Below, piece by piece: positions 1 through 8,285 of a stretch of 40,083 nt of DNA. Positions within the stretch are counted from its first letter, which is position 1. Each line of letters opens with the position of its first letter. The notes under the pieces are model-generated. The model made no database searches. It had not been told where the DNA came from and saw only the letters and a list, made by a program, of their open reading frames with translations. Made by a program: the position numbers and the translations under genes. This DNA is from a bacterium (lineage in GTDB: Bacteria > Sysuimicrobiota > Sysuimicrobiia > Sysuimicrobiales > Humicultoraceae), in contig JBGQGY010000019.1 in NCBI GenBank assembly GCA_041497675.1, positions 1 through 40,083 of the forward strand. The letters run 5' to 3'.

Positions 1-69
1 ATCGGTTCAGCGGGCGACTAAGACTTGGCGGGGTGCTCGCCGGTGCAGGGCTTGAAACACGCGAAGGGA

Positions 70-145
70 TGGTGGCCCCAGGGGGATTCGAACCCCCGTT
101 TCGGCCTTGAGAGGGCCGCGTCCTGGTCCCCTAGACGATGGGGCC
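70..145 (-). tRNA. tRNA-Glu (anticodon CTC)
   Basis: Reverse complement GGCCCCATCGTCTAGGGGACCAGGACGCGGCCCTCTCAAGGCCGAAACGGGGGTTCGAATCCCCCTGGGGCCACCA: 76 nt cloverleaf, GTTCGAATC T-loop, CT-CTC-AA anticodon loop, encoded CCA. Confidence 0.97.
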
Positions 146-183
146 ACGCGCGAGTTGCCGCCGGCGGACCGACCGGCCGGTTC

Positions 184-212
184 ATTATACGAGAGGCCTC
201 ACGGCGAGACAA
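184..212 (-). promoter_or_regulatory. sigma70-type promoter for tRNA-Glu
   Basis: Minus strand TTGTCT (212-207), 17 bp spacer, TATAAT (189-184), upstream of the tRNA 5' end. Confidence 0.75.
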
Positions 213-221
213 GAATAGCGG

Positions 222-251
222 TTGACAGGAGTTCGGCTCGCTGGCGAGAAT
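222..251 (+). promoter_or_regulatory. putative sigma70 promoter for methyltransferase operon
   Basis: TTGACA (222-227), 18 bp spacer, GAGAAT (246-251); divergent from the tRNA promoter. Confidence 0.5.
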
Positions 252-341
252 TGAGACAGAGCGCCGGGATGTTCGCCAAAATCGACACAGTCTTTTGTCC
301 CGCCGGCCGTGGCGCTGGCAAAGTCCTCCCTACGAGGGGAC

Positions 342-986
342 ATGATGCGGGCGATCTGGCTCGGTTCGTTCATCACCGATACGATCTACCTCACCGCCGG
401 TGCGCTGACTAAGCGCTTCGTCGGTTCGCCGTTGCAGCGCTCGTTGGCGCGTCGGCGATACAGCAGCCTGGCCGCGCACTATGACGCCGACGTGATCCCC
501 CAGCACGAGTACTTTGCCCCGCTGGAAGCCGCCCTCAGCCAGTTGACCGCGCCGCCGACCCGGGCGCTGGACGTGTGTACGGGCACCGGCGCGGTGATCG
601 GCACGGTCGTCCGGCGCTTTCCGGCGTGTCGTGGTGTCGCCGTCGATCTCTCCCCCGCGATGCTCTCGCACTGCCGCCGGCACGCCGCGGAGGGTGAGTG
701 GCCGGTCCGGCTCGCGGTGGCCAACTCGGCGCGCCTGCCGTTTCGGGACCGCACGTTCGACCTCGTCTCGGTGCAAAATGCGTTCCCCGTTCCGCGCGAG
801 CTGGTGCGGGTGCTCCGTCCGGGCGGGTGGGCCGTCCTGACGTACTCGGCCGGCGGACCCGTCCTCCCGTGGGTCGTGCGGTCGATGGTGAAACAACTGC
901 GCGGGCTGGCCTGTGGGACGGTCGAGACGCACCAGGTTGGCGGCGGCCGCTACTTTCTGGCGCAGCGCGCACAGGACGCCGCATAA
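342..986 (+). CDS. class I SAM-dependent methyltransferase (UbiE/Methyltransf_11-like)
   Basis: LDVCTGTG motif I, VDLSPAML, LPFRDRTFDLV, RVLRPGG; SD GAGGGG before ATG 342 (ORF open from 309). Confidence 0.85.
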   Translation: MMRAIWLGSFITDTIYLTAGALTKRFVGSPLQRSLARRRYSSLAAHYDADVIPQHEYFAPLEAALSQLTAPPTRALDVCTGTGAVIGTVVRRFPACRGVAVDLSPAMLSHCRRHAAEGEWPVRLAVANSARLPFRDRTFDLVSVQNAFPVPRELVRVLRPGGWAVLTYSAGGPVLPWVVRSMVKQLRGLACGTVETHQVGGGRYFLAQRAQDAA

Positions 987-989
987 CCT

Positions 990-2564
990 ATGGCCGTCTC
1001 CTGCGTCATCGCCGCTTACAACGAGGAGCGCACCATTGGCTGCGTGATCCGGGCGGCGCGTGCCGTCGACGACGTCACGGAAGTCATTGTGGTCTCAGAC
1101 GGTTCCACCGACGACACCGCTGAAACGGCGACGGCGGCCGGGGCCGACATGGTCATCCAGTTGCCCAAGAATCTGGGCAAAGGTGGGGCGGTGCTGGCCG
1201 GCGTGCGCCGCGCCTCCGAGCCTGTGGTCCTGCTGCTCGACGCCGATCTCGAGCGTCTCAAGCCCAGCGAACTGCAGACGCTGCTCGACCTGGTGCTTCG
1301 CGGCCGTTACGATATGGCCGTTGGCCTGATGACGGCCGACCTGGTGCAAAAGGTCCTGCCGCAACTCTCGGGCATCCGGGTGCTGCGCCGCGACGCCCTG
1401 CTCGACAAGCACTATCTGGCCTGCACGCGTTTCGGCTTCGAACGCGCGCTCACCACGCTGGCAAAACGACGGCGCTGGGCGATCGCCCGTGTACCGTTCA
1501 CGGGCGTGAAGCACTCTAAAAAGGAGGAAAAGTACGGCCTCGTCCTGGGCTATCAGCGCAAGGCCTGCATGGCGCTTGAAATTTTGGGGTTCCGCCGCCG
1601 CCGGCGTCGCCACGGAGCCGCGCGCCCCCGTACCCAGGCGTACGCGCTGACCGTCCTGTTCGTGATGATGGCCTACTTGGCCATGGGACTCTTCACAGCC
1701 CGCGCATCCGGCAGCGGGATCGAGGCGTTCCCCGATCCCGAGCCCGGTGACCGCTACCTGCTCATCGTCGCGCACGCCGACGACGAACTGCTGGCGGCGG
1801 GTGGTTTGATTCAGCGTGCACTCTCATCGGGCGCTTCGGTCTGGATCGTGTTTGCCACCAACGGCGATGGCAATCGCCTGGCCGCGGCGGTGGGTGGCAG
1901 AAAGCTGATCCCGCGAGCGGCCGATTTCATCGCCGAGGGAGAACTCCGACAACTCGAAGCCATGAAAGCGCTCGGCCGCGTCGGCGTGCCGATGGAGCAT
2001 CTGTTCTTCCTCGGCTACCCCGACCGCGGGTTGAAGGCGATCGCGGTGCAGCGCCCACTGTCGGCAAAACCGTACGTGTCACCGTTTACGAAGGTGTCCG
2101 CATCCCCCTACCAGCTGGCGTTCAGGCCTCGGGCCCCGTACACGGGTGCGGATATGGCGCGCGACATCGAGTCGGTTATCCGGCAGGTGCAGCCGACCGT
2201 GGTGCTGACGCACCACGAGGCCGATCGCCACGGTGATCACCAGGCGCTCAACGCGCTCGTGCGACAGGTGATCCGCACGATGCAGCAAACCGAAGTGCAG
2301 CCGCGCATCCGCCTGTACACGTTCCTGGTACACGCCTGGGACTTCCCGCGGCCGCTCCGGTATGCTCCGGACGCGCCGCTGCTTCCGCCAAAATCCTTGT
2401 GGCAGGCCCACCGATGGGTGCGCTTCAGTCTCTCGCCTGACGAGCTCACCACGAAGCAGGAAGCGATCCGAGACTACAAGAGTCAGCTCGAGAGCCCCTT
2501 CCTCCGGCTGCTGCTGATGAGCTTCCTACGCCAGAACGAACTGTTCGCGGTCACCGACCCTTAG
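990..2564 (+). CDS. fusion: GT2 glycosyltransferase + TM helix + PIG-L/LmbE family deacetylase
   Basis: N-terminal VIAAYNEE, DGSTD, NLGKGGA, LDAD; Arg-rich stretch then hydrophobic helix; C-terminal AHADDE, LGYPD, DRHGDH Zn-deacetylase motifs. Confidence 0.85.
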   Translation: MAVSCVIAAYNEERTIGCVIRAARAVDDVTEVIVVSDGSTDDTAETATAAGADMVIQLPKNLGKGGAVLAGVRRASEPVVLLLDADLERLKPSELQTLLDLVLRGRYDMAVGLMTADLVQKVLPQLSGIRVLRRDALLDKHYLACTRFGFERALTTLAKRRRWAIARVPFTGVKHSKKEEKYGLVLGYQRKACMALEILGFRRRRRRHGAARPRTQAYALTVLFVMMAYLAMGLFTARASGSGIEAFPDPEPGDRYLLIVAHADDELLAAGGLIQRALSSGASVWIVFATNGDGNRLAAAVGGRKLIPRAADFIAEGELRQLEAMKALGRVGVPMEHLFFLGYPDRGLKAIAVQRPLSAKPYVSPFTKVSASPYQLAFRPRAPYTGADMARDIESVIRQVQPTVVLTHHEADRHGDHQALNALVRQVIRTMQQTEVQPRIRLYTFLVHAWDFPRPLRYAPDAPLLPPKSLWQAHRWVRFSLSPDELTTKQEAIRDYKSQLESPFLRLLLMSFLRQNELFAVTDP

Positions 2565-2568
2565 CGCT

Positions 2569-3459
2569 TTGAACCGGACCCTGCTCGGGTACGCCGGAGT
2601 CGCCGGCGCTGCCGCGATGTGGGGTACGATCGGCCTCGCGGCGCGCAGTCTCTTCGCGGCAGGGCTGACGCCGCTTGAGGCGGCGGTCTGGCGCGCGGCC
2701 GCCGCGTTCGCGATCCTTTTCGTCTTCACCCTCGCCACGAACCGCCCCGCGCTTCGAGTCGCGCGCCGCGATCTGCCGTTGTTTGCTGCCTACGGAGCCA
2801 TCAGCGTCGCCGGCTACATGACCGTCTACTTCGCGGCCATCAGGGCGACGACGGTCGCCACCGCCGCCGTGCTGCTCTACACGGCGCCAGCGTGGGTCGT
2901 GATCCTCGCGCGGCTCTTCTTGGGTGAGCGCATGACCCCGATGAAGTACGCGGCTGTGGCGCTGGCGTGCGCCGGTTGCGCGCTGGTCGTCGGCGTGTTT
3001 GGGCCGGACACGATGCGCGTGACGCCGGCAGGACTCGCCGCGGGTCTGGGGGCAGGTTTGACCTACGCGCTCTACAGCATTTTCGGGAAGACGGCGCTCC
3101 GCCGCTACTCGCCGTTGACAACCGTCATCTATGCGCTGGGGTTTGGGGCGTTGTGTCTTGTTGTATTTGCGGGGGGACTGCCGCGTGTCCCGGCCGGTGG
3201 CGTCGCGCCGCTGCTCTACCTGATCGCCGGTCCCACGACCGCGGCCTACTTGCTCTTCATCACGGGACTACAGCGGGTCGAGGCGGGACGGGCGAGCATC
3301 ATCGCGACCATCGAACCGCTGGTCGCGGCGTTGGCCGGCGCGCTGATCCTGCATGAACCGTTTGGCCTCCCGCAATGGCTTGGCGCCGCTCTGGTCATTG
3401 CAGGCGTCGCCCTGGTCGGAGGTGAACACTTGTTTCACTTCAGCGCGTCAGACAGATAG
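2569..3459 (+). CDS. EamA/DMT family transporter
   Basis: About 10 hydrophobic helices; AAMWG, LLYTAP, ASIIATIEP motifs; TTG start 4 bp after the previous stop. Confidence 0.85.
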   Translation: MNRTLLGYAGVAGAAAMWGTIGLAARSLFAAGLTPLEAAVWRAAAAFAILFVFTLATNRPALRVARRDLPLFAAYGAISVAGYMTVYFAAIRATTVATAAVLLYTAPAWVVILARLFLGERMTPMKYAAVALACAGCALVVGVFGPDTMRVTPAGLAAGLGAGLTYALYSIFGKTALRRYSPLTTVIYALGFGALCLVVFAGGLPRVPAGGVAPLLYLIAGPTTAAYLLFITGLQRVEAGRASIIATIEPLVAALAGALILHEPFGLPQWLGAALVIAGVALVGGEHLFHFSASDR

Positions 3460-3487
3460 AAGTTACTGACGCGGGTACTGGTCGCCA

Positions 3488-4759
3488 ATGCGAGACTCAA
3501 ACTCCAATCCGCGACACAGTCGCGTGTCATTCAATCTTGTGACGTTCAAACCGCTTGACGTCGACGCCATCGCGGAACCTTTTGTCCGCGCTCTTCTGGA
3601 TGCCGGGGACATTTATGTTCCGGAGCGATATGAGGCGCCCAGACGACGACAGCCCAGGTTCGAACCAGAGAAGCTCAAACCATGGTCTCAATTCTGGAGC
3701 GGCGACTCGATGAACAGAGTATTTCTTGGCCGCAGAAGGCGGCAGGCCGAGATGACAGTCGTGTTTGGGATCGCCGGCAAGACTCCGACTCCCTTGCCAA
3801 GCAACCTTTCGATCTACGTGGACGCATCCTATTACGATCCTCCGGGACGGATCCTGTCTTTTGTCGGTCTAGGAACCAAGTTCTACGACCTGCTTTCACC
3901 CTACTATGCCCATCTGCAGATCCCCCATATGCCCATCGTCGGCCCTACCGGAATACCCGACCTGGGTTTCCCCGGATTCGGATGGGCTACCTGGCTGGGC
4001 CCGGAATATGAACCGCTGATACAAATCCCGCCCGCGGATACTGTCTCAATTGTCGAGCTTGCGGATGGTGGTCGACTCGTCACACTCTGCCTTCCGGAGC
4101 GCATCAGCCTCCCCGATGTCAGGTGCCTACAGGGCCATCACCATGTCATGAGCCATGCTGCTGAAGACATCCTCCAGCCTCGAGTTCGAAGCCCCCAGGA
4201 TTTGTTGCACTGGTTTCAGCGTCACGACGGCAGCGACGGTCCGAAACGGCTGCCGAAATACCGATTCGTCGCAGAGGGGCCTCATCTGCGGCTCTCAACC
4301 GATCGTCACGACGCCACACATGAACGGTACTTCGGTCCACTTGGATTCACGCGGAAACCGGAAATCCGCGCCATCCTCGATCGCCTCGAGTCCAGGACAA
4401 TTCCAGGGACTCCTGGCCACGGTAGCGATGGAACATCCCGCTTTGAAGGGCTCGCGGCTCAGGGTGCCAGGGAACTGCTAGCGCACGTCACGCTCGAGAA
4501 CGCGAACTTCCGGTTGGAGAACACCGGCCCGACGCTCCGCGAACTCGTCGCGCTGGGCGAACGTTACCCCAGCATTCTCTTTTTCGGCTATCGAGTAGCA
4601 CCGGAGCGACCCGATGAGCGCATCGTGCTCGAGGGCTTCTACATCCCGAAGGAAGAAGTAAAGCCTGGGGACATCCGTTCGCTAAACGAATTGATGCCCG
4701 ACGAACTGGGATGGGTTAGCCGTCGGCGCCGTAAGTGGCTGAGAGTGTGGTGGGACTGA
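3488..4759 (+). CDS. hypothetical protein, apparently two domains
   Basis: 423 aa ORF fills the gap between EamA and MFS genes; no family recognised with confidence; composition looks less GC-rich than neighbours. Confidence 0.7.
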   Translation: MRDSNSNPRHSRVSFNLVTFKPLDVDAIAEPFVRALLDAGDIYVPERYEAPRRRQPRFEPEKLKPWSQFWSGDSMNRVFLGRRRRQAEMTVVFGIAGKTPTPLPSNLSIYVDASYYDPPGRILSFVGLGTKFYDLLSPYYAHLQIPHMPIVGPTGIPDLGFPGFGWATWLGPEYEPLIQIPPADTVSIVELADGGRLVTLCLPERISLPDVRCLQGHHHVMSHAAEDILQPRVRSPQDLLHWFQRHDGSDGPKRLPKYRFVAEGPHLRLSTDRHDATHERYFGPLGFTRKPEIRAILDRLESRTIPGTPGHGSDGTSRFEGLAAQGARELLAHVTLENANFRLENTGPTLRELVALGERYPSILFFGYRVAPERPDERIVLEGFYIPKEEVKPGDIRSLNELMPDELGWVSRRRRKWLRVWWD

Positions 4760-4790
4760 TCGCGCGGGCACCTCTGAACAGTCGCCCGGG

Positions 4791-6014
4791 CTAGGACGCA
4801 TTCGGATAAGGATGCCGGATCGCGCGCAGAGCGATGATCGTGCCGGCCGTGAGAACCACAGCGCTGGCGATGAACGGCGCCCGCGGCCCGAGTCCATCCC
4901 ACAGGAGCCCACCCAGCAACGGCCCCAACACCAGCCCGAGCCCCTGAACGGTTTCTGAGGCGCCCAGGGCGAGGCCGAGGCGTCCCGGCGGGGCGAGCTC
5001 GCTCACCAGCGCGAGCCAGGCCGGTGCGGTCAGCGCGTAACTACCGCCCAGCAGCACGCCCGCGCCGATCAACTGGTACAACCCGTGGCTAAACGGGATG
5101 ATCCACATCCCGATCGTGCCCAGCACCATGCCGGCGCCCACGAGCAGCGGCTTGCCGCTGCGGTCGGCCATGCGGCCCGCGGGAACTGTGGCGAGCGCCA
5201 CGGTGAGCGTCACCGTCAGAAAGATCGCGCCGATGGCGTGCTCGGTCAACCCGACGACGCGCTTGGCGAAGATCGCGGCGATCGGGACCAGCAGCCCGAT
5301 GCCAAACATCTGCACAAACGCCACCAAGTACATCGTAAACAGTAGCTCCGAGCTCCTAAACGTGCTCAGCAGCTCTTTGAGGCGCGCGGGGGGCTCGGTG
5401 GCGTGATAGCCGACGAAGGTTCCGCTCGCGTGCGTGTGACGATCATCCCGAGGAAAGATCGCCGCAGCCATGATCGCGGCCACGGCCAGCAACGCGCTGG
5501 CGACATAGAACCCCGCGCGCAGGTTCCCCGCGAACCCGGCCACGAACAACCCGAACGCCGGGCCCGCCGCCAGCCCTGCCAGGAAGAACATGTTCAGCGT
5601 GGCCATCCCGGTGGCCCGCCGGTCGGGCGTCGTCATATCGGCGATCGCCGCCGCGGCCGCCGGCCACAACGCCGCCGACCCTATGCCGTCGATCAGCCGC
5701 AGCGGTACGAAGAGCACCGGGCGGCGCAACACCGCCATGATGATCGGCGCCACACAACTGAGAATCAGGCCGCAGACGATGATGGGCCGCCGGCCCATCC
5801 GGTCGGTGATCCCGCCAAGCGCCGTTTTGAAGAAGGTCTCGACCAGCGCGAAGGTCGCGACGACGACACCGACGAGCTTGACGCTGGCGCCCAAATGCTC
5901 GGTGAGATGCAACGGCAGCAGTGGGAGCACCGTCGCGAAACCGAACTGCGCGATGCCGATGATGATGGCGATGCGCAGCACGGCGCGCCCGTTATTGGCC
6001 GGCGCCTGGGTCAC
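4791..6014 (-). CDS. MFS transporter
   Basis: About 12 TM helices; motif A GGITDRMGRRP and GRMADRSGKP; GTGA overlap with gatD stop. Confidence 0.9.
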   Translation of the reverse strand: MTQAPANNGRAVLRIAIIIGIAQFGFATVLPLLPLHLTEHLGASVKLVGVVVATFALVETFFKTALGGITDRMGRRPIIVCGLILSCVAPIIMAVLRRPVLFVPLRLIDGIGSAALWPAAAAAIADMTTPDRRATGMATLNMFFLAGLAAGPAFGLFVAGFAGNLRAGFYVASALLAVAAIMAAAIFPRDDRHTHASGTFVGYHATEPPARLKELLSTFRSSELLFTMYLVAFVQMFGIGLLVPIAAIFAKRVVGLTEHAIGAIFLTVTLTVALATVPAGRMADRSGKPLLVGAGMVLGTIGMWIIPFSHGLYQLIGAGVLLGGSYALTAPAWLALVSELAPPGRLGLALGASETVQGLGLVLGPLLGGLLWDGLGPRAPFIASAVVLTAGTIIALRAIRHPYPNAS

Positions 6015-6790
6015 CGGGCCGAGGCCGCCGTGGATGTGCCGTCCGGTCTCGTCGCGCGCACACCGGCCCTGGCGGCGGCCGACGACGCTGCCCGGTGTTC
6101 CTCAACATCGGGGAGCGCCTCGAGCCGCACGTCTCCGTGCCGGCGCCGCAGCGCCAGTTCGATCAGATGATCGGCGAGCCAGGGATTCTTCGGGAGCAGC
6201 GGACCGTGCAGGTACGTGCCGAACACGTTGCGCCATACCGCGCCTTCGGTGCGATCCTCGCCGTTGTTGCCGAACCCTGCCGTCACCGTGCCCAAAGGGC
6301 GCGCCTGCGGTCCCAGCATCGTGCGGCCGCCGTGGTTTTCAAACCCGACGAGCACGTGTCCCGACACCGACTCGCGGATCACGATGTTGCCGATCAGCCG
6401 ACGAGTGCCCGGGCCGGGGTGCACCGTGCGCAGGTCGAGGAGCCCCAACCCTTCGAGCACCGGCCCGTCGGCCGGCCGGTACTCGTGCCCGATCAGCTGG
6501 TATCCCCCGCAGACGGCAAGCACGACGGCCCCAGCCTCGGCAGCGTCGCGCAAAGCGGTTCCCTTCACGCGGCACAGATCCGGCGCGGCGAGGGACTGCT
6601 GGCGGTCTTCGCCCCCGCCGACAAAGTACAGATCGCCGGCATCGGGACCGATGGCGTCACCAAGACGCAACTCGACGACCTGCGCGCGAATGCCACGCCA
6701 TTCGGCCCGCCGCACCAACGTCATGATGTTGCCGCGGTCGCCGTACAGGTTGAGCAGATCCGGATAGAGATGACAGATCCGTAAGTCCAT
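6011..6790 (-). CDS. gatD: GatD/CobQ-like glutamine amidotransferase (lipid II isoglutaminyl synthase subunit)
   Basis: HLYPDLLNLYGDRGN, AVCGGYQ catalytic Cys, GFENHGGRT, GTYLHGPLLPKN; adjacent to murT. Confidence 0.9.
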   Translation of the reverse strand: MDLRICHLYPDLLNLYGDRGNIMTLVRRAEWRGIRAQVVELRLGDAIGPDAGDLYFVGGGEDRQQSLAAPDLCRVKGTALRDAAEAGAVVLAVCGGYQLIGHEYRPADGPVLEGLGLLDLRTVHPGPGTRRLIGNIVIRESVSGHVLVGFENHGGRTMLGPQARPLGTVTAGFGNNGEDRTEGAVWRNVFGTYLHGPLLPKNPWLADHLIELALRRRHGDVRLEALPDVEEHRAASSAAARAGVRATRPDGTSTAASAR

Positions 6791-6798
6791 GCAGCGCC

Positions 6799-8187
6799 TT
6801 ATTGCTTCCAGAAGTCCCGCACGTATCCCTTGCGGGTCATGATCTTGCGCAGCTGCAACATGGCGGTATACGTGGTGAGCACGTAGAGCCGCTCGCCGTC
6901 TCGGAGCGCGGCCCGGGCGCGGGTCAGCGCGTGCGCGCCGTCGTATTCGACGGCGATCTGCCCGCCATCGACACCCGCGTACTTCAGACGCAGCGCCATG
7001 TCGTCGGCGCGGATGCCCGTGACGACGACCGCGCGGGCGCGGCCGCGCAGCATCTCAAAGTCAACGTCCCACAACCACGAGATGTCGCGCCCGTCGGCGA
7101 TGAGGTCGTTGATGGCGATCAACACGACCGGCGCGTCCTCAGCCGCCAGCACCGTGCGCAGGACCTCGTTGAAACCGGCCGGGTTCTTGGCCAGCAGCAT
7201 CAACGCCTCGCGGCCGTCGATGGTCACACGCTCGCCCCGTCCGAACGCCGGCGCCGTCGCCATGATGCCGCGCCCAACCGTCTCGAGCGCGACGCCCAGC
7301 CCCAGCGCTCCTGCCGCGGCGGCCGTCACATTGTAGACGTTGTACAGGCCCGGGAGGGTGGTCGAGAGTGACAGAGTCGCGTCGTCCCACGCAACCGTCA
7401 AGGTCGCGCCGTCGGCGGCGTGGAGGCGCACGTCGCGTGCTGAGACGTCGGCCGCCCGCCGCGTGTCACCGCACTGCGGGCAGTGATAGTGGCCCATGTG
7501 GCTCACGGTCACCATCGTGTACTCGTACGGCCGGCCGCAATGATAGCAGTAGCGCGAGTCGGCGGCATGCTCCAGCGTCCGGACACCCGCGCCGTCGGGC
7601 GCCCCGTCGAGACCGAAGGTCACCGTGCGCCCGGTGAAGGTGCGTCCGACATCGGCCACGAGCGGATCGTCGGCATTGAAGATCACCGTGGCGTCCTCGC
7701 GCAACCGCTTCAGCACGCCGCGCCAGCGTTCGGCGATGATGTCGATCTCACCGTATCGGTCGAGTTGATCGCGGAAGAGATTGAGCAGGCACACGGCGCG
7801 GGGCTGGGTCGCGTCGACCGCGGCCGGCAGCGCCGCCTCATCGACTTCGAACAGCCCCAGATCGCCGCGCGGCTCGCCCGCCAGCGTCGCATGCTCGACG
7901 AGCGCCGAGGCGATGCCCGAAATGAGATTGGCGCCCGCCCGATTGTGGATCGCCACCAGCCCCGCGGCGTCGAAGACGCCACCAAGGAGGCGGGCGGTCG
8001 TTGTCTTGCCGTTCGTGCCGGAAATCAGGACGACCCCGTGGGGCAGACGCGCGCTGAGGCGACGTACGATCCCGGGCGCCACCGCGGAGGCAACACGTCC
8101 GGGCAGCGTTGTGCCGCCGCCCAAACGCAGGGCCCGGCTCGCGACCGCGGTGAGGCGACCGGCAGCGATCGCCGCTGATTCTCTCAT
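6799..8187 (-). CDS. murT: MurT ligase (Mur ligase + DUF1727)
   Basis: SGTNGKTTT, GANL, EVDEA, NLFRDQLDRYGE, CxxC...CxxC Zn finger, KNPAG, DGRDISWLWD, TYTAML. Confidence 0.92.
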   Translation of the reverse strand: MRESAAIAAGRLTAVASRALRLGGGTTLPGRVASAVAPGIVRRLSARLPHGVVLISGTNGKTTTARLLGGVFDAAGLVAIHNRAGANLISGIASALVEHATLAGEPRGDLGLFEVDEAALPAAVDATQPRAVCLLNLFRDQLDRYGEIDIIAERWRGVLKRLREDATVIFNADDPLVADVGRTFTGRTVTFGLDGAPDGAGVRTLEHAADSRYCYHCGRPYEYTMVTVSHMGHYHCPQCGDTRRAADVSARDVRLHAADGATLTVAWDDATLSLSTTLPGLYNVYNVTAAAAGALGLGVALETVGRGIMATAPAFGRGERVTIDGREALMLLAKNPAGFNEVLRTVLAAEDAPVVLIAINDLIADGRDISWLWDVDFEMLRGRARAVVVTGIRADDMALRLKYAGVDGGQIAVEYDGAHALTRARAALRDGERLYVLTTYTAMLQLRKIMTRKGYVRDFWKQ

Positions 8188-8285
8188 CCAACTGATTATG
8201 CGTCATCGGAGGGGCCAACAGAACAGGAGCCTCCGCCGTCGGTATCAAACCCTCACCATGCCGCAGACTGAAAGGAGAGATCTTC

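Noticed and set aside
1..145. tRNA as integration site of a genomic island
   Set aside because: No integrase or duplicated tRNA 3' end in the window; sequence beyond the tRNA 3' end is mostly outside the window.
5590..6726. 378 aa ORF on + strand
   Set aside because: Antisense to the MFS gene and gatD; no recognisable motifs.
6011..6790. Annotation as cobyric acid synthase cobQ
   Set aside because: Only the glutaminase domain is present, it is adjacent to murT, and there are no cobalamin genes nearby.
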